DNA of 64,000 nucleotides from an uncultured bacterium (GCA_963704645.1 OY969926.1:896001-960000), one strand, 5' to 3'; shown: positions 28,309 to 39,009, counted from the first letter of the stretch. The notes: generated by a model not told the origin, from the letters alone. Numbers and translations are program-made.

Positions 28309-28731
28309 TTGGAGGAAATTTTGAGTACTTTAGTCTTTAACCCGCAAAAAAATGATGAGCTGGAGAATGTTGAAGAAGATGAAATGGGCATCTCGATAAA
28401 AATAAGCAAATTCGCTATTCAGGATTTCACAGACTCAAAAGTTGCTAAATATATAACTCCTGATGACGAAACTATTTCTGATTTAATTTACCAAAATCTT
28501 ACTGAAGATGAGGTAAAATTTGTTGTTGTTCCATTTGCCACTGAACCTTGTGAAATAATAGCAATTATGGAGGCTTGGCCCAGCATCAGAATTCTAAGTT
28601 TCTCACATCCATCTACTGTTAGATATGAAAATTTGCTCTACGAAGTAAGAGGTGAAGGGTACTCATTTCTTCAAGAATGGCTACCAAACACAATTACTGG
28701 CGGAGTTAAACTTTCTAGTTTCATCCCTTAA
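28309..28731 (+). CDS. Acidic hypothetical ORFan cassette
   Basis: TTGACC...TGTGCTATAAAT promoter; GGAGG suggests a TTG start at 28321; downstream hairpin + T-run. Confidence 0.65.
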   Translation: MEEILSTLVFNPQKNDELENVEEDEMGISIKISKFAIQDFTDSKVAKYITPDDETISDLIYQNLTEDEVKFVVVPFATEPCEIIAIMEAWPSIRILSFSHPSTVRYENLLYEVRGEGYSFLQEWLPNTITGGVKLSSFIP

Positions 28732-28902
28732 AAAAATAGTAATAACTACTCAAAGCAAATCTCGCTGGGGTAATTATTTTTTTTGGGGAATTAAGACTTA
28801 TTAAACTTCCCAACCCGCCAGCTCCTAAGCTGGTTTTTAATAACATAAATAAATGGTTTATTTAGTATTAAGACATGTTTGGAGTAATCCACTAGCAGCC
28901 GC

Positions 28903-30717
28903 CTAACTAGGCGGTATGTTTTTTTCCTTATTATTTAAAACTACCTGACACAATAACAAAATTATATGAAATAGCATATTTGATGCCTTATAATTAAAAA
29001 ATTGTTCTTTATTTATCCCATGTGCAAAATCATTTCTTAAATTAAAGCCAAAATTTTCAGTTAAAACTAACTTAAAGTAAAATGATGCTTCATTATCTAC
29101 AATTGCAAAAACGTAATCTATAATCTTATCGTATTCCTCTAGCAAGACACTCAAAGATTTAACTTGATACCCTCCATTTTTAGAAATAAAAGATAAATAG
29201 TGACCGCCATTTAATTTCACAAGTTTTCGAATTCCAGTTTCAATGATTGGTATAAAGAGATGAGAAGAAACTATAAAATCATTTTCCCAAAAAGCCCTTA
29301 TAGCTCTATTTAAATACTCAATATTTTCTTTTTCAAAAAGTACTGTAGATCTAATTATATTAACCAGCTCTTGCGCTGTAAAATGTTTTTTGAATCTAAT
29401 AATTGCCATTTCTAAGAAAAATGATCTGACACTCAAATCTTGAGACGAATTTTTAACAAAATGATGTTTTTTTGACTTTTCATTATCTATGCCTAGTATA
29501 GTACCACTTATAAATCCCTCATCTGAAATTATTTGAGTTGGAAACATAAACAACAGGGAGTGTTTTGCAACGATATCATTAAATTGTTTTTCTAATTCCT
29601 CTTTTTTTGGCATAAAATTAATGGCCAACTTCATAATCACCAGTTTTAACTTTTCTTCTTCAGCAACACCCTCCGTATTAAAAAGTGAATTTAAAAAATT
29701 CTCTATATCTTTAGTTGGGATTTCTAATTTTGTTTCAATTTTCTGCATGCTGTTACTCCAATCTAAATCTAAATTATTAATTTCTTTTGTTATCCTATCT
29801 ACATCATGCTTGAACACACTAAAACCTTTGTCTTGATATAATTTATAAATTTCCCTTATCTTATCATAAGAATTGTTTTGTAATATTGGTTCAGAACTTA
29901 ATCTTTTATCTAGTTTATATGAATCCTCCAAAGTTTTTAGAACCCTTGTTAAATTTATCTCATCTTTAATACTTGCATAAAACTCCGCAAGTAAACCTAC
30001 AGCATGTTGAGTTAGATGTGGATCCACACTTATTCTTTGAAGTCTTAACTCTAAATTTTCAATTATTTTGATTTTAATTGCCTTATCTAAAACTAAAGTA
30101 TTGTTTTTTTCCAAAATCAGCCAATCGAAAGCAAAACCCCATAATCCTGGCAAGCCATCTTCTCCTATTTTTTCTTCTAGGACAATAATCTTATTAATTA
30201 TATTGGTTAGATCTATTTTTTTGTTATCTTTAAAACTTAATGCTAAATCTAAGCACCTTTTTATTTTTGTTTTACAATGGATCTGATCTAATAATAACTT
30301 ATCGCATATTTCTAAATTTGAGTTTATTACTGTTAAAATTAGATCAATAATGTTTTCTGGATTTCTTCCTGTTATTTTTTTATAAAAATCTATTACCAAA
30401 TCAGCATATCGTGCAGATAGAACTGGATTCTTCACTTCTTGTGATCTTTGTCTCCAGTAATTAAGTGTTTCTAATGTTATTTTTTGAATACTTGGGTATT
30501 GCCCATAATAACAGCCCCAGCCCGTTTCTTTATTACTATAATTTTCTATAAATTCAAATGCTATCTGCTCATACATCTCTTCCGAAGTCGGTTCGTAATC
30601 ATTTAAGTTTTTTAGTATTCTATTAATATTACTTGATATTTGATACTCCGCTAGAAATTCATTATTACTTTGAGAGCCTAAATCATTAAGAAATTCAGAC
30701 AAATTTTCATGAATCAT
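28903..30717 (-). CDS. DUF4209-like protein with C-terminal HEPN RxxxxH motif
   Basis: ARYAD near the N-terminus; HL..P.IE..IR; GFNLRNDFAHG. Confidence 0.78.
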   Translation of the reverse strand: MIHENLSEFLNDLGSQSNNEFLAEYQISSNINRILKNLNDYEPTSEEMYEQIAFEFIENYSNKETGWGCYYGQYPSIQKITLETLNYWRQRSQEVKNPVLSARYADLVIDFYKKITGRNPENIIDLILTVINSNLEICDKLLLDQIHCKTKIKRCLDLALSFKDNKKIDLTNIINKIIVLEEKIGEDGLPGLWGFAFDWLILEKNNTLVLDKAIKIKIIENLELRLQRISVDPHLTQHAVGLLAEFYASIKDEINLTRVLKTLEDSYKLDKRLSSEPILQNNSYDKIREIYKLYQDKGFSVFKHDVDRITKEINNLDLDWSNSMQKIETKLEIPTKDIENFLNSLFNTEGVAEEEKLKLVIMKLAINFMPKKEELEKQFNDIVAKHSLLFMFPTQIISDEGFISGTILGIDNEKSKKHHFVKNSSQDLSVRSFFLEMAIIRFKKHFTAQELVNIIRSTVLFEKENIEYLNRAIRAFWENDFIVSSHLFIPIIETGIRKLVKLNGGHYLSFISKNGGYQVKSLSVLLEEYDKIIDYVFAIVDNEASFYFKLVLTENFGFNLRNDFAHGINKEQFFNYKASNMLFHIILLLCQVVLNNKEKNIPPS

Positions 30718-30722
30718 AATAT

Positions 30723-30998
30723 CTATTTGTTTTCCCTTACGTTATCCTCAAAATTCCATTTTATAATAAAATTTGAAGTTGCACCATTGTTCATATTTAC
30801 TTCAAAAACAGCTAATTTATCATCAGAATCAATAAAATTTTCTAAATGATTAGCTACTTCAAACGGAGTTAAATTCGTATTTATAAGCCAGCTCGAACTT
30901 AGAAGTTTTGTAGGTGTAAGTTTCTCTATTTCTTGAATTAATCTTGTATAATCTTTGGTTTTAATTAGGTCGTATTCGACCATTAATGTTTTGTTCAT
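30723..30998 (-). CDS. Small Cas2/VapD-like ferredoxin-fold protein
   Basis: VEYDL...DY..L...I...S.WLI.T......NHL..FIDSDDKL.V. Confidence 0.6.
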   Translation of the reverse strand: MNKTLMVEYDLIKTKDYTRLIQEIEKLTPTKLLSSSWLINTNLTPFEVANHLENFIDSDDKLAVFEVNMNNGATSNFIIKWNFEDNVRENK

Positions 30999-31124
30999 AA
31001 TGAATTATTTGATTTTTGTTTAGAATTGGACTAAACTCTTTTAATTAAATGAACCAAAATTAATTTGTCAAGTCATTTATGCTATATTATATAATAAATA
31101 ATAGTATTAAAACTTTATATTATT

Positions 31125-31761
31125 CTATTTAAGGATAAAATCGTCACTTATATCTTCTTGGGTTAACGCACTTAATTTAATCAGACCTTTTTCAAAACTA
31201 AGTAAATCTTTAAGTTGTGAATTTGAATATTTTACTTTATCATTAAGAACAGAATCTATAATCTCCATGTCTGATCTAGAAACATCAGCAAAATATAACT
31301 CATCAGTTGAAATTGGTGCTAGACCAAAAGACTTAAATTTATTAAAAACTTCGATATGAATTGGGCCAAACTCAGAAATCTTAAAGTCGTTACTAAACAA
31401 TTGTTTTTTATTTTTAAGACCTTCTTTGTATACAAAATATAAAATACGGTTTAGTTTTAAGTTACTAATATCAAACTCATTATTCAAAATTTGCTTGCTT
31501 TTATCTAGAATATAGTTTGCTACTTGAAAAGTTTTATCAGATTTTTGATCAACTAGTTTAATTGTAATGTTTAGTGTCTTAAATAATCTTTCCATTGTAC
31601 TAGCCGAAGGTGACATCTCGCCCTTTTCAAGCCTTGCAACAGTTGACTGTGGTACATTCATTTTGGCCGCCAGTTCATACTGAGACATTCCTAAAGATTC
31701 TCTTTTTTGCTTTACTGTATCTGAAATTAGTTTAACCAATGCCGTTGTGTTTGTGTTATCC
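31125..31761 (-). CDS. Cro/C1 HTH + Panacea (DUF4065/SocA)-like fusion; start approximate
   Basis: GMSQYELA.KM...QSTVARLE.G; VANYIL...ISNLKL.RILYF...GPI. Confidence 0.8.
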
Positions 31762-31937
31762 ATATTTCCTAAAATTAATTTACTTGTTAAACGTTGCACC
31801 AATTTTCTTTAAAGTCAATGAATATACTTAATTAAATAAGAATTAAATATTTTTACGTATTCGTAAATTCTAATGTCCAAACTCCTGACCCACCCACCCT
31901 ATTGACAAAGCAAACCCATAAAAGAAGGCTGAATACA

Positions 31938-33140
31938 ATGACTAACAAAAAAATTACTAAACTTAAATTGAATCAAGCCAGGCAATGGCCTAGTTGGTTT
32001 AGCATAGCACTTTTTTCCATAATAGTATCTGGGCTATTTATTTTTAATTATGCTTATTTAACACCTTTACTTCTTGGTTTTATTTTTGCAACCTTAACTT
32101 ACCCTATTTACACTTTTCTACAGAGCAAAATTAAATTTGAGAAACTAAAAGGTTCCTTTGCGGCTATAGTTACTATAATTGCTATTTCAGCAGGTATAAT
32201 TAGCTTGCTAAATGTTATGACCAGAGAATTAATTAAGGAAGTTCCAACCTTTGCCACCTCTTTAATTGAATTTTTAGATGAAGTTCCTACTAATACCACA
32301 ATTGTAAACATAAGTGCCAATTTCGGTTTAAACCAAGACGATTTAAGATCTATAGTTGATGAGTTAAAAGCTGAAACACCAGACACAAGCGCTTTAACAG
32401 GAAGCGAGACTGACGGTAAAAAGTTTACGGAACTGTTCAGCCAAGAAAATATATCTGCGGCTTTAGATGTTAGTAGACAAGCTTTTAGCTATATTTTTAA
32501 CCAATTAATTTACTTAGTCATATTTTTCCTAGCTTGGTTCAACGGTCTAGTTTTTGGTAAACTGTGGCTAGACGATTTGTTTGAAATTACACCTTTGGAA
32601 GACGACGAAATTTTCCACATAAAGAAAGATTTAAAAACTGGTATACGTAATGTTATATACGCAAGTTTACTTTCTGGCGCAATTCACACAGTTGTTACAA
32701 TTATAATTATGTTGGCTTTTGGTTTGCCAAATGTAAGTATAGTGGCAATTGCTGTTTTCTTAATTGGTATGCTTCCTGTTTCCCCATCGGAAATTGGCTA
32801 TGCAATTCCAATTTTACTATTATTCCCTGTTAACCCAATGGCGGCATTAATTTTAATACCTATTTGTGAACTAATTATACTTTATGTGAACTATGTTTTG
32901 CTACCTAAAGTAATAGCAGGTGGAGACGAAGGAAACCCATTATTAATTTTAACCAGCATTTTTTCTGGACTAGTAATTTTTGGAATAATGGGCTTTATTA
33001 TTGCTCCAGTTCTAATGATTTTAATTCAAACTTTATACAAAATTTTAGTTGAAAGAATTAGAATTCAAAAAGAAGAACTGCAAGAAATGAACGATTTACT
33101 AGAATCTGAAGAAACATCTTCACACCAAGCTAAAGCATAA
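31938..33140 (+). CDS. AI-2E (PerM) family permease
   Basis: Multi-TM; NPLLILTSIFSG...FG.MGFIIAP. Confidence 0.85.
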   Translation: MTNKKITKLKLNQARQWPSWFSIALFSIIVSGLFIFNYAYLTPLLLGFIFATLTYPIYTFLQSKIKFEKLKGSFAAIVTIIAISAGIISLLNVMTRELIKEVPTFATSLIEFLDEVPTNTTIVNISANFGLNQDDLRSIVDELKAETPDTSALTGSETDGKKFTELFSQENISAALDVSRQAFSYIFNQLIYLVIFFLAWFNGLVFGKLWLDDLFEITPLEDDEIFHIKKDLKTGIRNVIYASLLSGAIHTVVTIIIMLAFGLPNVSIVAIAVFLIGMLPVSPSEIGYAIPILLLFPVNPMAALILIPICELIILYVNYVLLPKVIAGGDEGNPLLILTSIFSGLVIFGIMGFIIAPVLMILIQTLYKILVERIRIQKEELQEMNDLLESEETSSHQAKA

Positions 33141-33147
33141 TAATTTT

Positions 33148-35385
33148 ATGGATGAGATTGAAGCTAAACAAAAAGCTATAATTGAAGGGCTTAACGCTCA
33201 ACAATATAAGGCTGTTCAAAGTATTACTGGCTCTACACTGGTTATTGCTGGGGCTGGTAGCGGAAAAACTGCTGTATTAACTAGAAGAGTGGCTTATTTA
33301 ATAGCTAATAACCAAATGCCAGGAAGTATATTGTGTCTTACCTTTACTAACAAGGCTGCTAAAGAAATGAATAGAAGGGTAAAAGATTTGCTTACAGAAG
33401 TTGGCATTTACCTACCCGAAATACCTATTTGGAAGGAAGATTATGTGCAAAACCCACTATTAGCTACTTTCCATAGCTTAGGTGTTAGGTTATTGCGTGA
33501 ATTTGGCTATGCAATTGAACTTAAAAAGGAATTTAGTATTTTAGATTCAGATGAACAGAAAAAAATTGTTAGGGAAATTTTGAAGGAATTAGATATTAGC
33601 GAAAAAAATGTACAGCCAAGTTTGGTTTTGTACTTTATTTCCCAGTGTAAACAGGAGCTGTTGGACGCGAGCAATAGCAGAAAATTAATTAAAGATTTCT
33701 TACCAATTTTCCACCAAATTTATGCAAAATATGAAAAGCGTTTAAAGCAAAGCCAAAGTGTAGATTTTGATGATTTGCTAATGCTTCCCTATATTATTTT
33801 GCGAGATAACAGTGATATTTTAGAAATTTTAAGACAGCGTTGGTGGCATATAATGATTGATGAGTTCCAAGATACCAACAGTGCTCAATTTAACTTGGTA
33901 AAGCTTCTTTGCCCATTAGAAATGTTGAATAAAGAGTTAGTAAATCCCCTTGGCCAACCAGCCCAAAGATCGTTGTTTGTAGTAGGTGACGATGCCCAAA
34001 GTATTTATGCTTTCAGAGGTTCTAAAATAGAAATTATTTTGAATTTTGAAAATGAGTACCAAAACACAACTGAAATTGTTTTGAACCAGAATTACCGTTC
34101 TACCCAACCAATTTTAGATTTAGCCGAAAAAATTCTAACCCACAACCCAAGGCAGAAGAAGAAACATTTATTCACCGAAAACAAAGATTCTTTGAAGGTA
34201 AATTATTACATGGCCAAAAACGAAAAAGATGAAGGTGAGTATATAATTAGGCAGTTATTTGAACAATACGCCAACAATAAAAGTACGGAGGTTCAAGCTG
34301 AAGAAGGAGATGTAAGCTTCCAACCAGATTCTTCGGTGGGTTTTGATGATTCAGTTCAATTCAGTCCAAGCAATATAAAAGTTAAAAATGACGACCCAGT
34401 TTCTAGAATGTTTGATGTTTACTTAGACGATGCAAGTTTTAGCCCAACCAGTTACGCCTTGCAAAGTTATTCACCCAGCAGCTGGCGGGTTCCTGAATAT
34501 AATTGGCAGAACCTTAAAGAATTAGATAAATGCGTTGTATTATACCGTACTCACGCCCAAAGTAGAAGTTTAGAAGAAACATTTTTGAAGTATCACCTAC
34601 CCTACAAATTGGTTAGCGGAGTAAGGTTTTTAGATAGAAGAGAAATAAAAGACATAATGTCTATTTTGAAGTTTATTGCTAACGGGGACGATAAAATTTC
34701 TTTAAGCCGCTTTTTACCTATTGTAATTGAAGGTGTTGGACCTAAAACTTTAGAAAAAATTCTAGCTTATTTAGAAGATTATAATTACCCGCTTGCTCCA
34801 AAATTTCAGGAAATATTGTTTAGCTTAATTGAAAAAATTCAAACTTGTTGGACTAATAGCACCAGTTTAATAGATTTAACAAAGCAATTGTTAGTTGTTA
34901 CAGGCTACGGCAGATATTTGAAGGCTCAGTTTCCTGCAAAAGAAGAATTTGAAGCCAGAATGGAAAATATTGGCGAACTGTACTCGCTTATGTTTCCTTT
35001 TGACGAAGATACAAGTGTAAGCATGCAAGAAAGACTAACCAACTTTTTAGCCCAAATTGCCCTAATGGGAGCTGTAGATGCAGAAGATTCTGAGAGTGCA
35101 CCTAAAATTAGTTTAATGAGCTTGCACCAAAGTAAAGGGTTAGAATTTGAAACTGTTTTCTTAGTAGGAATTGAAGATGGGCTTTTGCCTCATATGAATA
35201 GCTTTATGGAACCCGCTGGCATGGAAGAAGAAGTTCGTCTTGCCTATGTAGGTGTAACCAGAGCAAAGAAGTATTTACACCTTATTAACGCCGAAAGCAG
35301 AATTCAGTTCGGCCAAATAAAAGCAAATCCAATTTCCAGAATTTTCCGCCCATTCCTAGACAGCCACACCACCAGAAAAGTATAA
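33148..35385 (+). CDS. pcrA: PcrA/UvrD SF1 DNA helicase
   Basis: AGAGSGKT, TFTNKAA.EM, DEFQDTN, VGDDAQSIY.FRG, QNYRST, HQSKGLEF, EEVRLAYVGVTRA. Confidence 0.95.
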   Translation: MDEIEAKQKAIIEGLNAQQYKAVQSITGSTLVIAGAGSGKTAVLTRRVAYLIANNQMPGSILCLTFTNKAAKEMNRRVKDLLTEVGIYLPEIPIWKEDYVQNPLLATFHSLGVRLLREFGYAIELKKEFSILDSDEQKKIVREILKELDISEKNVQPSLVLYFISQCKQELLDASNSRKLIKDFLPIFHQIYAKYEKRLKQSQSVDFDDLLMLPYIILRDNSDILEILRQRWWHIMIDEFQDTNSAQFNLVKLLCPLEMLNKELVNPLGQPAQRSLFVVGDDAQSIYAFRGSKIEIILNFENEYQNTTEIVLNQNYRSTQPILDLAEKILTHNPRQKKKHLFTENKDSLKVNYYMAKNEKDEGEYIIRQLFEQYANNKSTEVQAEEGDVSFQPDSSVGFDDSVQFSPSNIKVKNDDPVSRMFDVYLDDASFSPTSYALQSYSPSSWRVPEYNWQNLKELDKCVVLYRTHAQSRSLEETFLKYHLPYKLVSGVRFLDRREIKDIMSILKFIANGDDKISLSRFLPIVIEGVGPKTLEKILAYLEDYNYPLAPKFQEILFSLIEKIQTCWTNSTSLIDLTKQLLVVTGYGRYLKAQFPAKEEFEARMENIGELYSLMFPFDEDTSVSMQERLTNFLAQIALMGAVDAEDSESAPKISLMSLHQSKGLEFETVFLVGIEDGLLPHMNSFMEPAGMEEEVRLAYVGVTRAKKYLHLINAESRIQFGQIKANPISRIFRPFLDSHTTRKV

Positions 35386-35386
35386 C

Positions 35387-35523
35387 GTAGCGGCGACCAC
35401 TGCGTCGCCATTGTGGAAATTCAATCATTCAATGTAGGGGCGATGTTTACCATCGCCTTTCACGTTTTACCAAGAAAAATTTGAATTCAAACAGTTCAAA
35501 GTAGCGGCGAAGCTTGCGAGCCA
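35387..35523 (+). repeat. Cluster of three GTAG-type REP-like palindromes
   Basis: gtagcggcgaccactgcgtcgcc; gtaggggcgatgtttaccatcgcc; gtagcggcgaagcttgcgagcca. Confidence 0.85.
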
Positions 35524-35572
35524 AAAATGTACAAGCCAAATAAAATATTAAATAAGAGTTAATAGAATATTC

Positions 35573-35905
35573 CTACACCCCCACCACCCAACTATACTTT
35601 CCCATATCCACAGTACTCTCCAGAATTTCCACTCCCTCAGCTCGCAGTAATTCAATTTGTAAATTTCCTCTAAAACCTAGCTTTAAAGCCGAAATATAGC
35701 CCTGTTTATTCACAACCCTCTGCCAAGCGTATTCTTTCATTTCCTCCTCTGTCATTCCAGACAAAATTCGCCCAGCAATCCAACCCGAAATTCCAACTTT
35801 TCCTCCTATTTCCCCATAACTTAACACTTTTCCAACAGGAATTTTATTGATTTCGTATAACAATTGTTGTTTTATATCGGTGGGTGAAACAGTATTTAAT
35901 GACAT
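35573..35905 (-). CDS. Alkyltransferase-like (ATL, MGMT family) protein
   Basis: IPVGKVLSYG.I; AWQRVVN (Trp replaces the catalytic Cys); Q..LL.AEGV. Confidence 0.88.
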   Translation of the reverse strand: MSLNTVSPTDIKQQLLYEINKIPVGKVLSYGEIGGKVGISGWIAGRILSGMTEEEMKEYAWQRVVNKQGYISALKLGFRGNLQIELLRAEGVEILESTVDMGKYSWVVGV

Positions 35906-36023
35906 TGAAAAATTAATTTTAATTACTAAACCTAAAATTTATTTAAAGAAATGGGCAAGTATTTTGACAATGGACGTCAATAAATTCACCATATTATTAC
36001 AGTTACAAATTTAGGTAAATAAA

Positions 36024-36239
36024 ATGAGAGTATCTTGTCACATATACTGCACGGAAAAACCCGATGATTACGGAAGTTTAAAGTGGGATAATTTTATTTC
36101 AAATGCATTATTCCCAGCTGAACCAATGATAGGAGATGTAATTGGAACCCAAATTACTCAGCTAAATGTTAGAGTAAAAGTGTGGGGTAGAGCCATGGAA
36201 ACCAACACGAAAATTAATTTGTACGTTACAGAATGCTAA
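36024..36239 (+). CDS. Hypothetical ORFan cassette
   Basis: TTGACA upstream, AGGT SD, terminator agtccg...cggactatttt. Confidence 0.65.
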   Translation: MRVSCHIYCTEKPDDYGSLKWDNFISNALFPAEPMIGDVIGTQITQLNVRVKVWGRAMETNTKINLYVTEC

Positions 36240-36277
36240 ACTTCTTAAGTCCGCTAAAAACGGACTATTTTTATGGC

Positions 36278-37558
36278 TTAATACCACCAATTCAACCCAT
36301 CAACTAAATTCTGACGATAATTGTTAATTTCCTCTTCAGTCATTTTATCTAAAATAAATTTGGAAATGTTTTGCCCTAGCTCATAACATTGTTGTGTTGT
36401 TATTCCTCTACTAGTCATAGCTGCTGTGCCAAAACGTAGCCCGGAAGGACGCCAGGCTGTTTTTGTATCGAAGGGAATTAGATTACGGTTACAAATAATA
36501 TTCACACTTTCTAGCTTCCTCTGAATTTCTAAGCTGTCTAAATTGTCTGGCAACTTTATTAAACATAGGTGGTTTTGAGTTGGATTGGCTATTTCCAAAC
36601 CTCCAGACAAAAGACCTAGTTCAAGCTGTTTGCAATTTTCTATAACTATTTCAGCATAATCTTTAAAACTAATACCATCTGGATACTTATCTTCCCCTAA
36701 AATTTCCATTAAGCCCTGACCTATTGCTGCAATTTGGTTTACATGCGGACCACCACTTGTACCTGGGAAAACCGTTTTGTTAAACTTAACCAAATGTTCT
36801 TTTTTAGCGAACACCATAGCTCCACGCCCTGCCCTTAAGGTTTTGTGGGTTGTCATAGAAACAAAATCTGCTCCGCTTTCGCCAGCTTTAAAAGGGGAAT
36901 CATGCAGGCCTGCTGCAACTAAACCGTTAATGTGAGCAATATCGGCTAGCACTAAAGCCCCATGTTGATGAGCAATTTCACAAAGTTTAGCAAATTCAAA
37001 TTTACGAGGATAAGCTGAAAAACCCAAAATTACTAACTTTGGTTTAAATTCTATTAACTTATTCGTAAAGTCTTCTTCATCAATTTCAAAAATTGTACTT
37101 CCAGAAACAACATCCAAACCTTCCTTTAAATCGTAATTAACTAAATTAAAAAACTTCAAATAAGCCGAAGTAGCATGCAAATGGGAAAGATGTCCACCAT
37201 TAGCCAAACTTAAACTTAATATTGTATCTCCAGCTTCTAAAATTGATAAAAACACCATGGCATTAGCAGGAGAGCCAGATAGAACCTGAACATTTACACC
37301 ATATTCTCCTTCACCATTTTCTTTTGTTTTATCGAATACCTGCAAAGCCAACTCTTGAACCTTGGTTTCTAATTGATCAGCGTAAACTTGGCCGGCATAG
37401 TAACGTTTCCCAGGATAACCTTCAGAATATTTATCACTCCAAATTGAACCCATTAAGGCTAAAGTTTTTGGGGAAGGATAATTATCTGAAGCAATTAAAT
37501 GAATGCTATTTTTTTGGCGAAGGGTTTCGGCGGAAGTAAGTTCAAAAAGCTGGTTCAT
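36278..37558 (-). CDS. glyA: Serine hydroxymethyltransferase
   Basis: LIASDNY, KYSEGYPGKRYY, GGHLSH, DIAH, TTHKTLR, FPG.SGGP, SGLRFGT. Confidence 0.96.
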   Translation of the reverse strand: MNQLFELTSAETLRQKNSIHLIASDNYPSPKTLALMGSIWSDKYSEGYPGKRYYAGQVYADQLETKVQELALQVFDKTKENGEGEYGVNVQVLSGSPANAMVFLSILEAGDTILSLSLANGGHLSHLHATSAYLKFFNLVNYDLKEGLDVVSGSTIFEIDEEDFTNKLIEFKPKLVILGFSAYPRKFEFAKLCEIAHQHGALVLADIAHINGLVAAGLHDSPFKAGESGADFVSMTTHKTLRAGRGAMVFAKKEHLVKFNKTVFPGTSGGPHVNQIAAIGQGLMEILGEDKYPDGISFKDYAEIVIENCKQLELGLLSGGLEIANPTQNHLCLIKLPDNLDSLEIQRKLESVNIICNRNLIPFDTKTAWRPSGLRFGTAAMTSRGITTQQCYELGQNISKFILDKMTEEEINNYRQNLVDGLNWWY

Positions 37559-37660
37559 ACAATAATTATAGTTTTTAGAATAAATATTAAGTTAAATAAA
37601 TAACAATCTTCTAAAGTTTGCTGTCAATTCCCACTAGAACTTGCTGTGTTAATTAGTGGG

Positions 37661-37770
37661 TGGCTCGCAAGCTTCGCCGCTACTTGTGATGAGGGATTGC
37701 TAACTGTAGGCTTCAAGCCCTGTCACTGAATAAGTTGACATATACACCCCTGAACTTGTTTCTTGGTCTA
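37661..37770. repeat. GTAG REP plus degenerate TGTCA-type palindrome
   Basis: tggctcgcaagcttcgccgctac; cccctgaacttgtttcttggtcta. Confidence 0.75.
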
Positions 37771-37922
37771 AGCCAAAGAGAGACACTTAATCTTTCCAAA
37801 GAAAAAAGCAAGTTCAAAACTTGCCTTGGACTTCGGTTACATACTTAAACCAAATGGTTCACCAAATGTGAGCTGATTAAGTTGAAAATGCCTGTGTTCC
37901 GATTCTAAAGGAGGTCGTCCTA

Positions 37923-38204
37923 TCATATAATAGTAGCCTCCGATTGCCGACTTTGGAACATTAGCTGTAAAAGACAAATTTCCACAGGGAATAGTGCTTG
38001 GACTATCTCGAAAATCTTGTTCGCTGTAAATGAAATGATTGGTGTGTCCAACAATACAAAAAAAGAATGTCCATGTTCGTTAGGCTCTTCAATTTCACCA
38101 GTATGAACAACCACTCCTGGAAAGTTTGCTTTAAACATTGCTTCAATTTCAGCGATTTTATCATCATTTCCGTTTAATACAATTGCCAGGTAATTAACTA
38201 CCAT
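37923..38204 (-). CDS. Hypothetical ORFan cassette, possibly frameshifted near its 3' end
   Basis: TTGACA upstream; an alternative frame continues to 37837, just before the terminator hairpin. Confidence 0.6.
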   Translation of the reverse strand: MVVNYLAIVLNGNDDKIAEIEAMFKANFPGVVVHTGEIEEPNEHGHSFFVLLDTPIISFTANKIFEIVQALFPVEICLLQLMFQSRQSEATII

Positions 38205-38280
38205 TATTTTATTTAATCAGATTAGTACAACCCAAATGTACCCTTATATTGCCCTAAATGTCAAAGGTTTTATCGACCAG

Positions 38281-38694
38281 CTACACCAACCTAAACCCAA
38301 ACGAATAACCCACCACTTCAACAATTAATAATGTTCCCCAACCTACAGCCAAAGTTAAAACTGCTGCTGCGGCTATGTCTTTAATAATTCTAACCCTCTC
38401 ATCCCTTTCTGGTTGAATTAAATCGCACAATCTTTCTATTGCTGTGTTAAACATTTCACCACTCATAACTAAAATTGTCATCATGAAGTTAATTATAGCC
38501 AAAGAATAACTTTGTAAAAGTAAACTAATTATAATAGTGGCTAAGCCAAGTGAAAATTGTATTTTCAAACTATGCTCTAAACGTAAAGCATCGTAAAACC
38601 CACGAATAGCATATAAATGGTTAGTAACGGGGTGGTAAGGCTTCTTTCTTTTAACCGAATTTGCATTTACAGTTGAAAGGTTTTCTGAACTCAT
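38281..38694 (-). CDS. dgkA: Diacylglycerol/undecaprenol kinase
   Basis: E.FNTAIERLCD, IKDIAAAAV. Confidence 0.9.
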   Translation of the reverse strand: MSSENLSTVNANSVKRKKPYHPVTNHLYAIRGFYDALRLEHSLKIQFSLGLATIIISLLLQSYSLAIINFMMTILVMSGEMFNTAIERLCDLIQPERDERVRIIKDIAAAAVLTLAVGWGTLLIVEVVGYSFGFRLV

Positions 38695-38797
38695 ACTTCT
38701 ATAAAATACAGGTTAAAATGGAATGTCAAACTTGGCTAACCGGGAATTATAGATTTATTAACCTAGACTTTAAAACAAACCCTGTCTTGCACGTGTA

Positions 38798-38876
38798 TGG
38801 CTCGCAAGCTTCGCCGCTACTTGTTCGCCATATTGAATTTGTGAGTACTGTCACCCTGAATTTATTTCAGGTTCTA
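38798..38876. repeat. GTAG REP + TGTCA-type palindrome composite
   Basis: tggctcgcaagcttcgccgctac; tgtcaccctgaatttatttcaggttcta. Confidence 0.85.
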
Positions 38877-39009
38877 AACGTGGAGCAGCTTAAAAGCCAA
38901 AAAGTTAAGTAAAATTTCCTCTCTTCAAAATTATAAAACAACCTTTCCCCCAAACTAAAATAGCTCCTTAATAAAAAGAAGCTAGGAATATTTTATGTGC
39001 AAATTTATT

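Noticed and set aside
30723-30998. CRISPR-Cas locus suggested by the Cas2-like protein
   Set aside because: No cas1 or other cas genes and no regularly spaced repeat-spacer array anywhere in the window
35387-35523. CRISPR array at the clustered GTAG palindromes
   Set aside because: Units differ in sequence and spacing and match a dispersed REP-like family
38661-38912. 83-aa plus-strand ORF
   Set aside because: Runs through the dgkA promoter and two palindromic repeats; likely spurious
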